Positions 7,918 to 17,944 of a stretch of 64,000 bases of DNA are shown piece after piece. Under the pieces are notes generated by a model. It did no database searches. It was not told the DNA's origin and worked only from the letters and a program-made list of their open reading frames with translations. Each line of letters opens with the position of its first letter. The first letter of the stretch is position 1. The translations under genes and the position numbers were made by a program. The stretch comes from Candidatus Eiseniibacteriota bacterium (lineage in GTDB: Bacteria > Eisenbacteria > RBG-16-71-46 > CAVPCR01): NCBI GenBank assembly GCA_963823555.1, contig CAWGMA010000002.1, forward strand, positions 1 through 64,000, in the 5' to 3' direction.

Positions 7918-9264
7918 GTGAGAGGGCAGATTTTCAAGTACTGGAATCGCGTTCGCTCCGGCTTCTGGTTTCTTCCGACGGTCATGGCCGGCGTGGCCGT
8001 TGCGTTGGCCTTCGTGAGCGTCGCCATTTCCGAGCCGGTGGCGGAGTGGTTCACGCTCAACTTTGGCTGGACGTTCACCGGTGGAGCAGAAGGGGCGAGT
8101 GCCGTGTTGGGGATCATCGCCGGATCGATGATCACCATCGCCGGTGTGGTCTTCTCGATGACGTTGGTCGCCCTGTCGCTCGCCTCGTCCCAGCTGGGAC
8201 CCCGTCTGCTGCGCAGTTTCATGCGCGATTCCGCCACACAGGTGGTCCTCGGCACGTTCATCGCCACCTTCCTGTACTGCCTGCTCGTCCTCCGCACGGT
8301 CCGCCGTGAGGAGGAGGTCGCTTTCGTTCCGCACCTTTCGGTCACCCTCGGCGTTCTCCTCGCGGTGGCGAGCGTGGGGGTGTTGATCTACTTCATCCAT
8401 CACGTGTCTGTTTCCATCCAGGCCAACGAGATCGCCGCACGTATCGGTAGGGAATTGATCGAGGGAATCGACCGTCTGTTCCCGGAACACGTCGGTCGGG
8501 GAGCACCACGGATCCCGACGGAGCCACCCGAGGCGGGCTTCCTTGAGGCGTTCGACCAGGAGGCTCGACCGGTCGGCGCGAACGGGGACGGTTACCTCCA
8601 GTTCATCGACGGGGAGGCCTTGGTGGCGCTGGCAGCGGAAGAGGACTTGGTCGTTCGGCTGGAGCGAAGGCCCGGGAACTACGTCGTCGCCGGTTGTCCG
8701 CTGGCGCTGGTCTTGCCAGGAAGCCGAGTGACCGAGCGGCTGGCGGAGCAGGTGCGTTCCCTCTTCGTCCTGGGCCACCAGCGGACTGCCAACCAGGACA
8801 TCGAGTTCGCAGTGAACCAACTGGTGGAGATCGCGGTGCGGGCCCTCTCCCCAGGGCTGAACGACCCGTTCACGGCGATCACGTGTGTGGACCACTTGGG
8901 CTCCGCGTTGTGTCGTTTGGCGACACGAGACACGCCCTCGCCTTATCGCCATGACGTCCACAAGCAGCTTCGGATGATTGCCCCTGCCGATACGTTCCCG
9001 GACATCACGGATGCGGCATTCAACCAAATCCGACAATATGGCCGCTCCAGCGCGGCGGTGACCATCCGCCTGCTAGAAACGATCGCCGTGGTCGCGGGAT
9101 TCACACATCGGCCGGAAGACCGCGCGGCGCTCTTACGGCACGCTGAAATGATCGCCCGGGGGGCTCGCGAGGGACTACCCGAAGCCGAGGACCGCCGGGC
9201 GGTGGAAGAGTGCTGCCAGAAGGTAAGCCACTTGTGCAGCGAACCCGCAGGTTCTGGCCGCTGA
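7918..9264 (+). CDS. DUF2254-like membrane protein (cassette)
   Basis: N-terminal TM helices; ASSQLGPRLL and EIAVRALSPGLNDPFTA motifs. Confidence 0.88.
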   Translation: MRGQIFKYWNRVRSGFWFLPTVMAGVAVALAFVSVAISEPVAEWFTLNFGWTFTGGAEGASAVLGIIAGSMITIAGVVFSMTLVALSLASSQLGPRLLRSFMRDSATQVVLGTFIATFLYCLLVLRTVRREEEVAFVPHLSVTLGVLLAVASVGVLIYFIHHVSVSIQANEIAARIGRELIEGIDRLFPEHVGRGAPRIPTEPPEAGFLEAFDQEARPVGANGDGYLQFIDGEALVALAAEEDLVVRLERRPGNYVVAGCPLALVLPGSRVTERLAEQVRSLFVLGHQRTANQDIEFAVNQLVEIAVRALSPGLNDPFTAITCVDHLGSALCRLATRDTPSPYRHDVHKQLRMIAPADTFPDITDAAFNQIRQYGRSSAAVTIRLLETIAVVAGFTHRPEDRAALLRHAEMIARGAREGLPEAEDRRAVEECCQKVSHLCSEPAGSGR

Positions 9265-9348
9265 GACGCACGTACGCGCTGGCCGCAAACTTTGCGGGGG
9301 CATGGGTCGGATGTTGGTCTGAGCACCTTGACGGTCAGCGAAGAGGCC

Positions 9349-9408
9349 GCCGAACAACAGCATGCAGCGGACGGCGCTGCGCGCCGCCGCTGATGCTGAG
9401 CGTTAGAC
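9349..9408 (+). repeat. attC site (60-bp dominant family)
   Basis: GCCGAAC AACAG CATGCAGC GGACGGCGCTGCGCGCCGCC GCTGATG CTGAGC GTTAGAC. Confidence 0.95.
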
Positions 9409-9459
9409 GCACTGGCACGAGGGAAGGAAAACGACCAACCACAGCACGTCGAGGGTGCA

Positions 9460-10502
9460 ATGGCCGTCTGGCTAATCCGCGCCGGCTCGCACGGCGAGTA
9501 ACGAGCTGAGGTTCATCCAGGAGAGCCGGGTTTATGTGACCTGGGACGACCTCGACGTGCACCTCGGGAACCTCGCTGAGCGGAGCGAGCTTACGAAGGC
9601 AATGACGCAGCGGTACCCCGACACAAAGCCCAAGGCGATCGCGAACTGGGTGAGCCAAGTGTGGCCGTTCGCCCATGAGATCGCCAGGTCGGACTTGGTG
9701 GTCCTCCCACTGAAGACCCAGCGCGCGATTCAGATCGGCGAAGTCACAGGGGACTATCACTTCGAGCCCGACGGGCCAAACCCCTTCTTCCACTGGCGGC
9801 CGGTGAAATGGATCGCTGAAGCCGTGCCGCGCGCACACTTCGGGAAGGACCTCCTCAACACGTTCGGCGCGTTCATGACGATCTGCCGCGTCCAGCGGAA
9901 CAATGCTGAGGCGCGGCTCGCGGCCATGCGCGCGACCGGCTGGAAGCCCGAGTCTGTCGCGGCAGTTACGAAGGCCCCGGTCGCCGGCCCCGACGAAGCT
10001 GCGTCGGAGACGCGAGGACACCGACCTTGAAGAGGCCGGCGCGACCAGATCGCACAGCTGATCACCGCGCGGTTCAAGGGCCATGGACTCACGCGCTTGG
10101 TGGAGGGGATCCTCCAGGCTCAGGGTTACGTTACGTATCGCAGCCCCGAAGGCGCCGATGGCGGTGCGGAAATCCTCGCCGGGGCGGGTCCGCTGGGGTT
10201 TGGCGCTCCGCGCCTGTGCGTGGAGGTGAAATCGGAAGCTCTCCGATTGACCGGCCGACTGTGGACAAGCTACTGGCGCTGTCACCAAGTTCGGTGCACA
10301 AGAAGGCCTGTTCGTTTCCTGGGGTGGCTTCAAGACGAACGTTCAAACGGATCTCGCCGCGAGCTTCTTTCGTGTCAGGCTCTGGACGCAGAAGGAACTC
10401 CTTGAGGCACTCTTCGCGCACTACGACAATCTCGACGAGGACTTGAAGGCGGAGCTGCCGCTAAAGCGCATCTGGACCGTGGCCGCACAGGAGCAAGACT
10501 GA
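9460..10502 (+). pseudogene. mrr: Mrr-type restriction endonuclease, multiple frameshifts
   Basis: MAVWLIRAGSHGE start, then fragments in different frames (9536-10030, 10097-10240) with SPEGADGGAEILA..LCVEVKS, ending LPLKRIWTV..EQD*. Confidence 0.8.
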
Positions 10503-10522
10503 TCGCGCGGTCGCCGGGCTCG

Positions 10523-10582
10523 CGCTAACAGCCGCATGCAGCGGACGGCGCTGTGCGCCGCCGCTGATGCCCCACGTTATAC
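10523..10582 (+). repeat. attC site (60-bp dominant family)
   Basis: CGCTAAC AGCCG CATGCAGC ... GCTGATG CCCCAC GTTATAC. Confidence 0.93.
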
Positions 10583-10605
10583 GCAATTCAATCGAGGGTG
10601 AGCGC

Positions 10606-11085
10606 ATGCCGTACGTTGGCTTCCACGACCACTTTCCAGAGATCGCAAGGCGAGAAACGCGAACGGTTACCCTCCTCGCCTCGTCGCCGTTCAAGTTGCC
10701 GGCGGGGGAATATGCGCTCCTGGAGATGTATTGTGACGAGCCTGAGTGCGACTGCCGACGTGTGTTCTTCTACGTCGTCTCCTCTCGCAGCAAGTCCGCG
10801 GAAGCTGTCGTGGCCTACGGCTGGGAGCCGGCCGAGTTCTACGCGAAGTGGGCCCACGAGGACGATCCGGAGGTCGTTCACCAAGTGAAGGGCCCCATTC
10901 TCAACCTGGCGAGTCCGCAGTCCGGGCACGCTCCCGAGATCCTGCGGCTCATCGAGGAAGTCGTGCTTCAAGATCCGCAATACGTTGGGCGACTCAGGGC
11001 GCACTACGACATCTTCAGGCGCCGAATCGATGGAGACAAGAACTCCGCGGAAAGAAGTCCGAAGCGTGAAGGTGGCAGACAGTGA
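10606..11085 (+). CDS. Hypothetical Cys-motif protein (cassette)
   Basis: EMYCDEPECDCRRV motif; GAGGG RBS; fills the cassette. Confidence 0.78.
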   Translation: MPYVGFHDHFPEIARRETRTVTLLASSPFKLPAGEYALLEMYCDEPECDCRRVFFYVVSSRSKSAEAVVAYGWEPAEFYAKWAHEDDPEVVHQVKGPILNLASPQSGHAPEILRLIEEVVLQDPQYVGRLRAHYDIFRRRIDGDKNSAERSPKREGGRQ

Positions 11086-11086
11086 C

Positions 11087-11136
11087 GTATAACTACCGGC
11101 TGAACCCGACGCCCGCGGGTTAGCCGTGCGTTAGAC
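11087..11136 (+). repeat. Very short attC site (50 bp)
   Basis: GTATAAC TACCG GCTGAACC CGACGCCCGCG GGTTAGC CGTGC GTTAGAC. Confidence 0.8.
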
Positions 11137-11167
11137 CGCTCAGGAAGCACGGGAGAATGAGGATCGA

Positions 11168-11639
11168 GTGAAGACCGGAGTCGGCAGAAACGCCCCCTGC
11201 CCTTGTGGCAGTGGGCGGAAGTTCAAGGTGTGCTGCGGCCTCGCGTCACGCGGGCGAGGTGCCGACGAGTTCGAATCGCGCGGTCAAGGCGAAGACGATT
11301 CGGCGGGTCTTCCAGACGGTGGTTTTCGGTTCGAGCCGGGGGCCTACGGCGGTCCGGGCGGTTACTTTCCGTCTGTGGCGTGTCTCAAACGAAATGGGGA
11401 CGGTGATTGGAGGTACCATTTTGTCCTCGTCATCCCGGATGCGGTTCGAGAAGATGAAGATACGGCCACGCTTGATTCCGGCGAGCAGCTTCGAAGCGTT
11501 TCGAGGGCGGCCTGCTCCTGAGGCGGTCGCCTTGCGGCTGAGGGAATTCGGGTATGTCAGCGTCTCCAACTTTCGCGTCGTGGGAGAGGGTACTGAAAAC
11601 GATCCAGGCTTGTTATCGGGAGTCGATGGGCAGGACTGA
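11168..11639 (+). CDS. SEC-C motif protein, probable frameshift near 11490
   Basis: VGRNAPCPCGSGRKFKVCC; coding-like frame continues to 11639 in another frame. Confidence 0.72.
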
Positions 11640-11669
11640 TCGCCGTTACGCTGAGCGTTAGACGGCGCG

Positions 11670-12035
11670 ATGAAGATCACCGAAGAGCTCGTCGCGAACA
11701 CTCGCTCCTCGATTCGCGAGCACCTTGAGCTTCTGGCCGACCCGGAGGCCCAGCGTGACTACGAACGCAAGGTGCCTCTCGCTAACGTTCCCGCGGAACT
11801 CCTCTGCGGCTGGTTCGATGACTCCTATCATCCAGAGAGCCGGGCGTTCCAGGCGGCGTTCACTCCCCGAGAGCGTGATGCTCTCGCCGAGTTCAACGAT
11901 CTGTTCACTGCTGCTGCGGCCGAGCTTCCTGAGCCGTTGCCGCAACTCTGCGACCTCCAGGTCCATCCCGCATGGGGTCGGGTGATTACCGGTGCAGCAG
12001 ATGCACTTCACGGCCTGTCCGGGAGCGCCGTCTGA
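11670..12035 (+). CDS. Hypothetical protein (cassette)
   Basis: ORF fills the space between GTTAGAC 11657 and attC 12030. Confidence 0.75.
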   Translation: MKITEELVANTRSSIREHLELLADPEAQRDYERKVPLANVPAELLCGWFDDSYHPESRAFQAAFTPRERDALAEFNDLFTAAAAELPEPLPQLCDLQVHPAWGRVITGAADALHGLSGSAV

Positions 12036-12128
12036 CAAGCCGCTGCAGCCGACGGGCGCCGGGCGCGCGAGGGGTGGAAGCGGTAGCATGGGGGTCGCCG
12101 CTCGCGGCTGAGCGGCAATACGTTGGGC
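12030..12128 (+). repeat. attC site with variant R'' (GTCTGAC)
   Basis: GTCTGAC AAGCC GCTGCAGC ... GCTGAGC GGCAATAC GTTGGGC. Confidence 0.85.
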
Positions 12129-12145
12129 AGCCGAAGGTATGAGCC

Positions 12146-12938
12146 ATGGACATTTGGAAGTTCTACGACATCACCCACCGTGAGCACGTGGTGTGCAATC
12201 CCATGAGCGAGGAGAAGCTGGGGCGCCTGGTTGGTCTTCTCCGGCTTCCCACGGGTGCGCACGTGGTCGACATTGCCTGCGGAAAGGGTGAGTTCCTGAT
12301 TCGTCTTGCGGAAGCGTACGGCATCCGCGGAATCGGGGTAGATCTCTCGCCGATCTACACTGCCGACGCTCAGAAGCGGCTGGTGGTGCGGGCGCCCGAT
12401 GCAGAGATCACCTTCAGCGAAATGGACGGTGCTGATTTCAAGCCCGACAAACCACACAGCCTATGCTTTGGCATCCTGCCTCGGCGCCAGCTGGGTGTTC
12501 GGCGGGTACGCGGCGACACTGGAGGCGCTGAAGAGCATGGTCGAGCCCGGTGGCTGGGTCGTGGTTGGGGAGCCCTACTGGCTTCGGGAACCACCAGACG
12601 CGTACCTCGAGGCATCCGGGGTTGCTCAAGGCGACTTCGGGACACACTCCGGGAACGTCGAGGCGGGAGAGCTGAGGGGGCTTGATCTGGTTCACACGTT
12701 CGTGAGCTGCCGGGACGACTGGGACGAGTACGAAGGTCTGCAATGGTACGCGACGGACGCGTACGCCCGGTTTCATCCGGACGACCAAGATCTGCCCGAG
12801 CTCCTGGAGCGAGTCGCCAAGGAGAAGGCAACATACCTTCACTGGGGGCGCGATACCCTTGGATGGGCGATCTATGTCTTCAGGCAGGGTTCACCTCGGA
12901 ATTCAGGTTCGGCCGCCAGCACGTTAGACCGCGTCTAG
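12146..12938 (+). pseudogene. SAM-dependent methyltransferase with frameshift near 12460
   Basis: VVDIACGKGEF in first frame; ASCLGASWVFGG..PGGWVVVGEPYW..DDWDEYE..GRDTLGWA in second frame. Confidence 0.85.
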
Positions 12939-12958
12939 CAAGTTCAGTAGGCGATCAT

Positions 12959-14665
12959 ATGCACCGCAACACTCTGTTCGCCGTCGTATTCGTTCTCTCG
13001 CTGCTGGCATCGGGCTGCAAGCCGTCCGGTCCGGGAGTCGAGGCGGATGTGATCTACTCCGGTGGCCCTATCGTGACCGTGAACGACGCGCAGCCCGGCG
13101 CCGAGGCCCTGGCCGTCAAGGACGGGAGGATCCTGGCCGTCGGTGCGAAGGCCGAGGTCGAGAAGTCCCACAAAGGACAGACGACGGAGATGATCGACAT
13201 CGGTGGCCGGACGCTCGCGCCGGGGTTCGTCGACGGCCACATGCACGTGCTCGCCCTCGGGGCGCAGGCGGTCGGGGCCAACCTGCTCGCGCCCCCGGAC
13301 GGCGAGGTCGAGTCGGTCGACGACCTGGTGACCAAGCTCCGCGAGTTCGCGAACGGCCCCGACGTCGCGCGGACCGGCTGGATCTTCGGCACCGGCTACG
13401 ACGATGCCCTGCTGGGCCGGCACCCGAACCGCGACGACCTCGACAAGGTCTCGACCGAGGTCCCCGTGATCGCGATGCACATCTCGGGGCACTTCAGCGC
13501 GGTGAACAGCGCCGCTCTGCGGAAGATCGGCTACACTTCCGCGACGAAGGACCCCGAGGGCGGCGTCATCCGCCGGCGCAGGGGGAGCCGGGAGCCGCTC
13601 GGCGTCAACGAGGAGACCGCCCACTTCGCCTACCTCTTCCAGGCCCTGAGCCCGCCGAAGCCGGAGGACCAGGACTACTTCTTGCGGAAGGGCCTGGAAC
13701 TCGCCAAGAGCTTCGGCCACACGACGGCCAGCGAGGGGCGGCTCATGGCACCGCAGCACGAGGACCTCGTGTCCGCGTCGGAGCGCGGCCTTCTCGACAT
13801 CGACGTGATGGCGTACGTCGACTACACTGCGAAGGACGTGCTCGCGACTCCGTGGTTCGGCCGCAGCTACAAGGGGCGCTACCGCCTCGCCGGGCTCAAG
13901 ATCACCCTCGACGGCTCGCCGCAGGGGCGCACGGCGTGGCGCACGATCCCTTACCTCATCCCGCCGGATGGGCAGCAGCATGGCTACCGGGGCTACCCGT
14001 CCATCCCCGACACGGCGCTCGCCGCCTCTCTCGTCGAGGAGGCGTACCAGATGGGCTGGCCGGTGCACATCCACGCGAACGGCGACGCGGCGATCGACCA
14101 GATGATCGACGCGGTCCGGCCCGCGCATCAGAAGCACGGCCCCGGCGACCGCCGGCTCACCCTGATCCATGGCCAGTTCCTGCGGAAGGACCAGATCCCG
14201 GACCTCAGGGAGCTGCAGATCTTCCCGTCGCTCTTCCCCATGCACACGTTCTACTGGGGCGACTGGTACGACCAGATCATCGGTCCAGAGCTGGCACAGC
14301 AGATCTCGCCGATGCGCTCGGCGCTGAACGCCGGGATGGTCGCAACGAGCCACACCGACGCGCCGGTCGCGCTGCCGAACCTGATGCAGGTGATGTGGGC
14401 GACCGTCAACCGCACGTCGCGCAGCGGCAAGGTGATGGGCGCCGACGAAAGGATCACGCCGATCGAGGCGCTGAAGGCGATCACGCTCTGGGGCGCCTAC
14501 GAGCACTTCGAGGAGAAGTCGAAGGGCTCGCTCGAGCCTGGCAAGCTGGCCGATATGGTGATCCTCTCCGACAACCCGCTCACGATCGATCCGAAAAAGA
14601 TCAACACGATCGTCGTGCTGGAGACCATCAAGGAAGGGAAGACTGTCTACAAGCGAGAGCATTGA
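12959..14665 (+). CDS. Amidohydrolase 3 family (YtcJ-like) lipoprotein (cassette)
   Basis: LLASGC lipobox; PGFVDGHMH, DGSPQGRTA, HANGDAAID, HTDAPV, GSLEPGKLADMVIL. Confidence 0.93.
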   Translation: MHRNTLFAVVFVLSLLASGCKPSGPGVEADVIYSGGPIVTVNDAQPGAEALAVKDGRILAVGAKAEVEKSHKGQTTEMIDIGGRTLAPGFVDGHMHVLALGAQAVGANLLAPPDGEVESVDDLVTKLREFANGPDVARTGWIFGTGYDDALLGRHPNRDDLDKVSTEVPVIAMHISGHFSAVNSAALRKIGYTSATKDPEGGVIRRRRGSREPLGVNEETAHFAYLFQALSPPKPEDQDYFLRKGLELAKSFGHTTASEGRLMAPQHEDLVSASERGLLDIDVMAYVDYTAKDVLATPWFGRSYKGRYRLAGLKITLDGSPQGRTAWRTIPYLIPPDGQQHGYRGYPSIPDTALAASLVEEAYQMGWPVHIHANGDAAIDQMIDAVRPAHQKHGPGDRRLTLIHGQFLRKDQIPDLRELQIFPSLFPMHTFYWGDWYDQIIGPELAQQISPMRSALNAGMVATSHTDAPVALPNLMQVMWATVNRTSRSGKVMGADERITPIEALKAITLWGAYEHFEEKSKGSLEPGKLADMVILSDNPLTIDPKKINTIVVLETIKEGKTVYKREH

Positions 14666-14693
14666 GCCGATGCGGGCAGAACATGCGTACGTG

Positions 14694-14753
14694 GTCTAAC
14701 AACCGTTTGCAGCGGACGGCGCTGCGCGCCGCCGCTGATGCTGAGCGTTCGGC
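14694..14753 (+). repeat. attC site (60-bp dominant family)
   Basis: GTCTAAC AACCG TTTGCAGC ... GCTGATG CTGAGC GTTCGGC. Confidence 0.94.
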
Positions 14754-14795
14754 AGTGCTTACGGTAGACTTCCTTGGAGCAAAGCAGGTACGAGA

Positions 14796-15182
14796 ATGAC
14801 GAAGAGATTTTCAGCCTCCGTTCGAAGGCGCATGTACCTGTCGGACGAGGTCGAGGGCTGCGCGAGGTGCCCACAGTGCCGCGGCCGCCTCGAGCCGGAG
14901 CACCACAGCTACTGCGTGGCGGTTCGGAGTCAAGGTTCGATGGAGATGCTCATTGTTGGCAGCAGCAGTGGGCACTTCTGCAGCCGCTGTCCGCTGGTCG
15001 TCATTGACTCGAGAGCATTTCGCGACCTCGTGAGAGACGGCAGTACAACTACGGCAAGCGAGTTTGCGGTGCTTGGAATCCTCGATCTAGCATCAGTTCC
15101 GGAGGAAAAGCGGGGCCTACCGTTCGATGAACGGTCGAACCCCCTTCCTCTTGTCGCATTCCTGGATGATGCGAGTTCGTAG
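14796..15182 (+). CDS. Hypothetical zinc-ribbon protein (cassette)
   Basis: CPQC and CSRC pairs; fills the cassette. Confidence 0.72.
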   Translation: MTKRFSASVRRRMYLSDEVEGCARCPQCRGRLEPEHHSYCVAVRSQGSMEMLIVGSSSGHFCSRCPLVVIDSRAFRDLVRDGSTTTASEFAVLGILDLASVPEEKRGLPFDERSNPLPLVAFLDDASS

Positions 15183-15204
15183 GTGCTCGTAGCTCACAGA
15201 GCCT

Positions 15205-15299
15205 GCCGAACAACGGCATGCACCCGACGGCAGGCGGGACGGCCATCGGCGGCCCGCAGTGCCTCACGACGCCTGCCGCGGGTGATGACCCCGTTAGCT
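15205..15299 (+). repeat. attC site
   Basis: GCCGAAC AACGG CATGCACC ... GGTGATG ACCCC GTTAGCT. Confidence 0.9.
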
Positions 15300-15342
15300 G
15301 GACACCGCAACCGTTTCAGCAACTTGAGAGGCCGAAACCGGC

Positions 15343-16089
15343 GTGAACCTCAACGGCCTACTTGATCCACTGGCCGTCGCCCTCCTTGTGGTGACGGCGG
15401 TACTGTTTCCCTGGAGTGGCGTCTGGGAATACCGCCGGCTCGTTCGTTGGAATGCGAGTGAGCTCCCGGATGCGAGGGTGCGCCACTACAACTGGATCGC
15501 AGCGTGGGAGTGGGTCTCCGTGGCCGTTTTTCTCTTTTGGTGGTTTTGGACCGGACGCCAGGCAGCTACCTTGGGGCTCGTTCCGGATCCCTCAGGTTGG
15601 CAGTGGCTAGCCATCACCGTCGGGGTTGTCCTTTCCGCAATTCTCGTCCTGCAGATGATCAGCATCACGCGGAGTCCGGAATCGCTGTCGGTCGTGCGCG
15701 GCAAGCTCGGCGTCCTGGCGGATATGGTTCCCAGAAGCGAGAGAGAACAACGCGCCTTCACTCGGCTCTCTGTCACGGCGGGTGTGTGCGAGGAGATCCT
15801 GTATCGGGGACTCGTTCTGACCATCTTGGCCGAGGCCATCGGCACGTGGCCAGCGGTCTTGGTCTCATCCGCCGTCTTTGGACTCGGCCACATATACCAG
15901 GGCCCACTCGGTTTCGTGAGGACCACAGCGGTCGGACTCGCTCTCGCGCTACTTACAGTATTCAGTGGTTCCCTATTTACCGCCATCGTCGTCCACGTCG
16001 TCATGGACGTGACCAGCGGACGGATCATGGGAACGGCGATCAGACTTCCAGCGGACTCAGCGAGCGCGGGGGTCGGGCGTGAAGAGTGA
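15343..16089 (+). CDS. CPBP (CAAX/Abi) family intramembrane metalloprotease (cassette)
   Basis: EEILYRG, FGLGH, HVVMD motifs; multiple TM segments. Confidence 0.92.
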   Translation: MNLNGLLDPLAVALLVVTAVLFPWSGVWEYRRLVRWNASELPDARVRHYNWIAAWEWVSVAVFLFWWFWTGRQAATLGLVPDPSGWQWLAITVGVVLSAILVLQMISITRSPESLSVVRGKLGVLADMVPRSEREQRAFTRLSVTAGVCEEILYRGLVLTILAEAIGTWPAVLVSSAVFGLGHIYQGPLGFVRTTAVGLALALLTVFSGSLFTAIVVHVVMDVTSGRIMGTAIRLPADSASAGVGREE

Positions 16090-16119
16090 TAGCTCACGGG
16101 CGTGAAGAGTGATAGCTCA
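16074..16119 (+). repeat. Perfect 23-bp tandem duplication spanning the CPBP stop codon
   Basis: CGGGCGTGAAGAGTGATAGCTCA x2. Confidence 0.95.
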
Positions 16120-16159
16120 GTAGTACCTTCGCTTCGTTAGATATGGTATCCAGTTGTCC

Positions 16160-16257
16160 AGCTAACACGTAGTCTGCGATCAGGGATTCTCGGGCAGAGT
16201 CGCGTCGGATGGTCGGCGTGGCGGAAGACAGAGACTGAAGCCGATGTAGGGCTAGAC
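16160..16257 (+). repeat. Degenerate attC remnant
   Basis: R'' AGCTAAC matches GTTAGCT 15293; GCTAGAC 16251 resembles the R' expected for GTCTAAC 17843; interior poorly palindromic. Confidence 0.4.
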
Positions 16258-16272
16258 CCTGACTAACAAAGT

Positions 16273-17632
16273 GGCTCTTCCGGGAATCGTGTGGGTGAGT
16301 TCATCGGCTGACTTCCGCGGGTCGTGGGTATAGGTCGAGGTCCCCGAGATGGAAGAGGATCGCGTTGCGGAACCGAGTCCGATTGCGGTACCCGCGCGCC
16401 ATGGCCTTCAGTCGCTGGATCCTCGAGTTGATGGCCTCGGCCCCGGCGTTGGTGATGCGGAGCCGGAAGTAGTTGCAGATGCCGGTCCAGTGGCGAGCGA
16501 TGGTGTCGGCGACTTTCTTCATCGGCTCGAGACGACTCCGTCGCGCCCACAAGTACCACGCGCCAAAGTGCCGGCGGATGACCCGCAGGTAGCGCAGGCC
16601 GTAGATGTGCATGAAGTGCTCCTTGAGCGCCCAGGCGCGTCCGGTCTTGAGGTCGCTTCGCCGCAGGAGACGGGAGAACCGGCGCCACCCAGCCGGCGAG
16701 AAGCGGTTCGGATGGCGGAGCCAGTCATCCTTGGTGCCCTTGAGCAGATCGCTCCCTTCGACCGTCAGGACGCGGTTCTCCGCCCGGCGCACCAGATCGA
16801 CGGCGTGGTTGAGATGAGACGCGACGTGGTACTTGTCGAAGACGATCTTCTTCGCGGCATCCGGCACGTGCGCCTTGGTCGAGTCGATGTAGGGTGGCCA
16901 CATGTCCATGGCGATCCCTTCGATGGCAGCGAGTTGCGCCGGCGAAAGGCGGTTCCAGAACCCCTCGAGACTGCCCTTGCTGCGATCGTCGGCCACGTAG
17001 AGAACCCGCGGCCGAGCGAGGTCCGTGACCAGCGTGACGTACTCATGCCGGCGCTGGAAGGAAGTCTCATCGATCCCGAGGAAAGGCACGGGCTCAAGGC
17101 GGCGCCGGGCCAGGCCACGACGAACCGCCCGCTCCTGAATGCCGGCCGCTTCGTCCCAGCTCAGATGCAACCGCTCGGCGACGGCCGCGATCGGCGCCTG
17201 GCGCATCCAGTCGATCGCCACCGCTTCGAACAACGCGGTGAAGCGCGAGTTGTCCTCCGCCCACGGCACGCGGAGCTGCCGGATGCCATGCGTGGGGCAG
17301 TCGAGGCGCGGCACTCGAGCGTGAAGCATCGTCCGGTACTGGAAGGTGTCGAGGTGGCGCCAGACACGATCCCGATGATCGTGGATGGGGGCGCGCTCCT
17401 GGCAATCGGGACAAGCCCACTGCTGCTTGGGCGGCAGCGCGACCCAGACGTGGACCTCGCCCTCTTCCAGTCGCAGTTCCACCTTCTCGACTCCCCAGGG
17501 TGGGGTCAAACCCAGCAGCGTGGCGTACAGACTCTTGTCGTCCATGACCGGTCCTCCCGTGGGCACCTGCCCGCCCCGAAGGTAGCACCGGTCAGCTCAG
17601 CTCGTTTCACCCACACGAAAGCCGGAAGAGCC
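16273..17632 (-). mobile_element. ISL3-family insertion sequence (no target duplication seen)
   Basis: IRs GGCTCTTCCGG...CCGGAAGAGCC; flanks AACAAAGT and TCTTTCTT differ. Confidence 0.93.
16301..17545 (-). CDS. ISL3 transposase
   Basis: CPDC zinc finger, WRHLD, GIDETSF, MDMWPPY, FDKYHV, TNAGAEAINSRIQ..ARGYRN. Confidence 0.95.
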   Translation of the reverse strand: MDDKSLYATLLGLTPPWGVEKVELRLEEGEVHVWVALPPKQQWACPDCQERAPIHDHRDRVWRHLDTFQYRTMLHARVPRLDCPTHGIRQLRVPWAEDNSRFTALFEAVAIDWMRQAPIAAVAERLHLSWDEAAGIQERAVRRGLARRRLEPVPFLGIDETSFQRRHEYVTLVTDLARPRVLYVADDRSKGSLEGFWNRLSPAQLAAIEGIAMDMWPPYIDSTKAHVPDAAKKIVFDKYHVASHLNHAVDLVRRAENRVLTVEGSDLLKGTKDDWLRHPNRFSPAGWRRFSRLLRRSDLKTGRAWALKEHFMHIYGLRYLRVIRRHFGAWYLWARRSRLEPMKKVADTIARHWTGICNYFRLRITNAGAEAINSRIQRLKAMARGYRNRTRFRNAILFHLGDLDLYPRPAEVSR

Positions 17633-17830
17633 TCTTTCTTCGGCCTGCACGAGGTTTCGACCTGGCTCGGCAACGCGAGTTCCGATCCTGTTCTCGCTAG
17701 ATGGACGGACGAAACGGAAGCGACTGCGAACCGGCGATACGAGATGTTGGTTCCCGACGACAATCACCTAGTCGATCAGTTCGAAGCGATCCTCCATGAG
17801 CGGCCTGATTCATTCGCTCCGATTCAGTAG
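17633..17830 (+). pseudogene. 3' remnant of a cassette ORF truncated by ISL3
   Basis: Open frame from the IS end to a stop at 17830, just before the attC. Confidence 0.45.
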
Positions 17831-17842
17831 CGTGGGTGAGCC

Positions 17843-17944
17843 GTCTAACAGCCCGCTTCACGCGTCGAGCGGCGCGCGAGCGCCGGGCGAGTGCGGTAGG
17901 CTGAGGTCAGCCGCTCGCAGGTGAGCGCAACCGGAGCGCTAGGC
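17843..17944 (+). repeat. attC site with damaged right end (R' GCTAGGC)
   Basis: GTCTAAC AGCCC GCTTCACG...GGTGAGC GCAACCGGAGC GCTAGGC. Confidence 0.7.

Noticed and set aside
3894..14753. Near-identical 60-bp repeats as a CRISPR array or REP elements
   Set aside because: They are separated by whole genes, have attC box architecture, and no cas genes are present.
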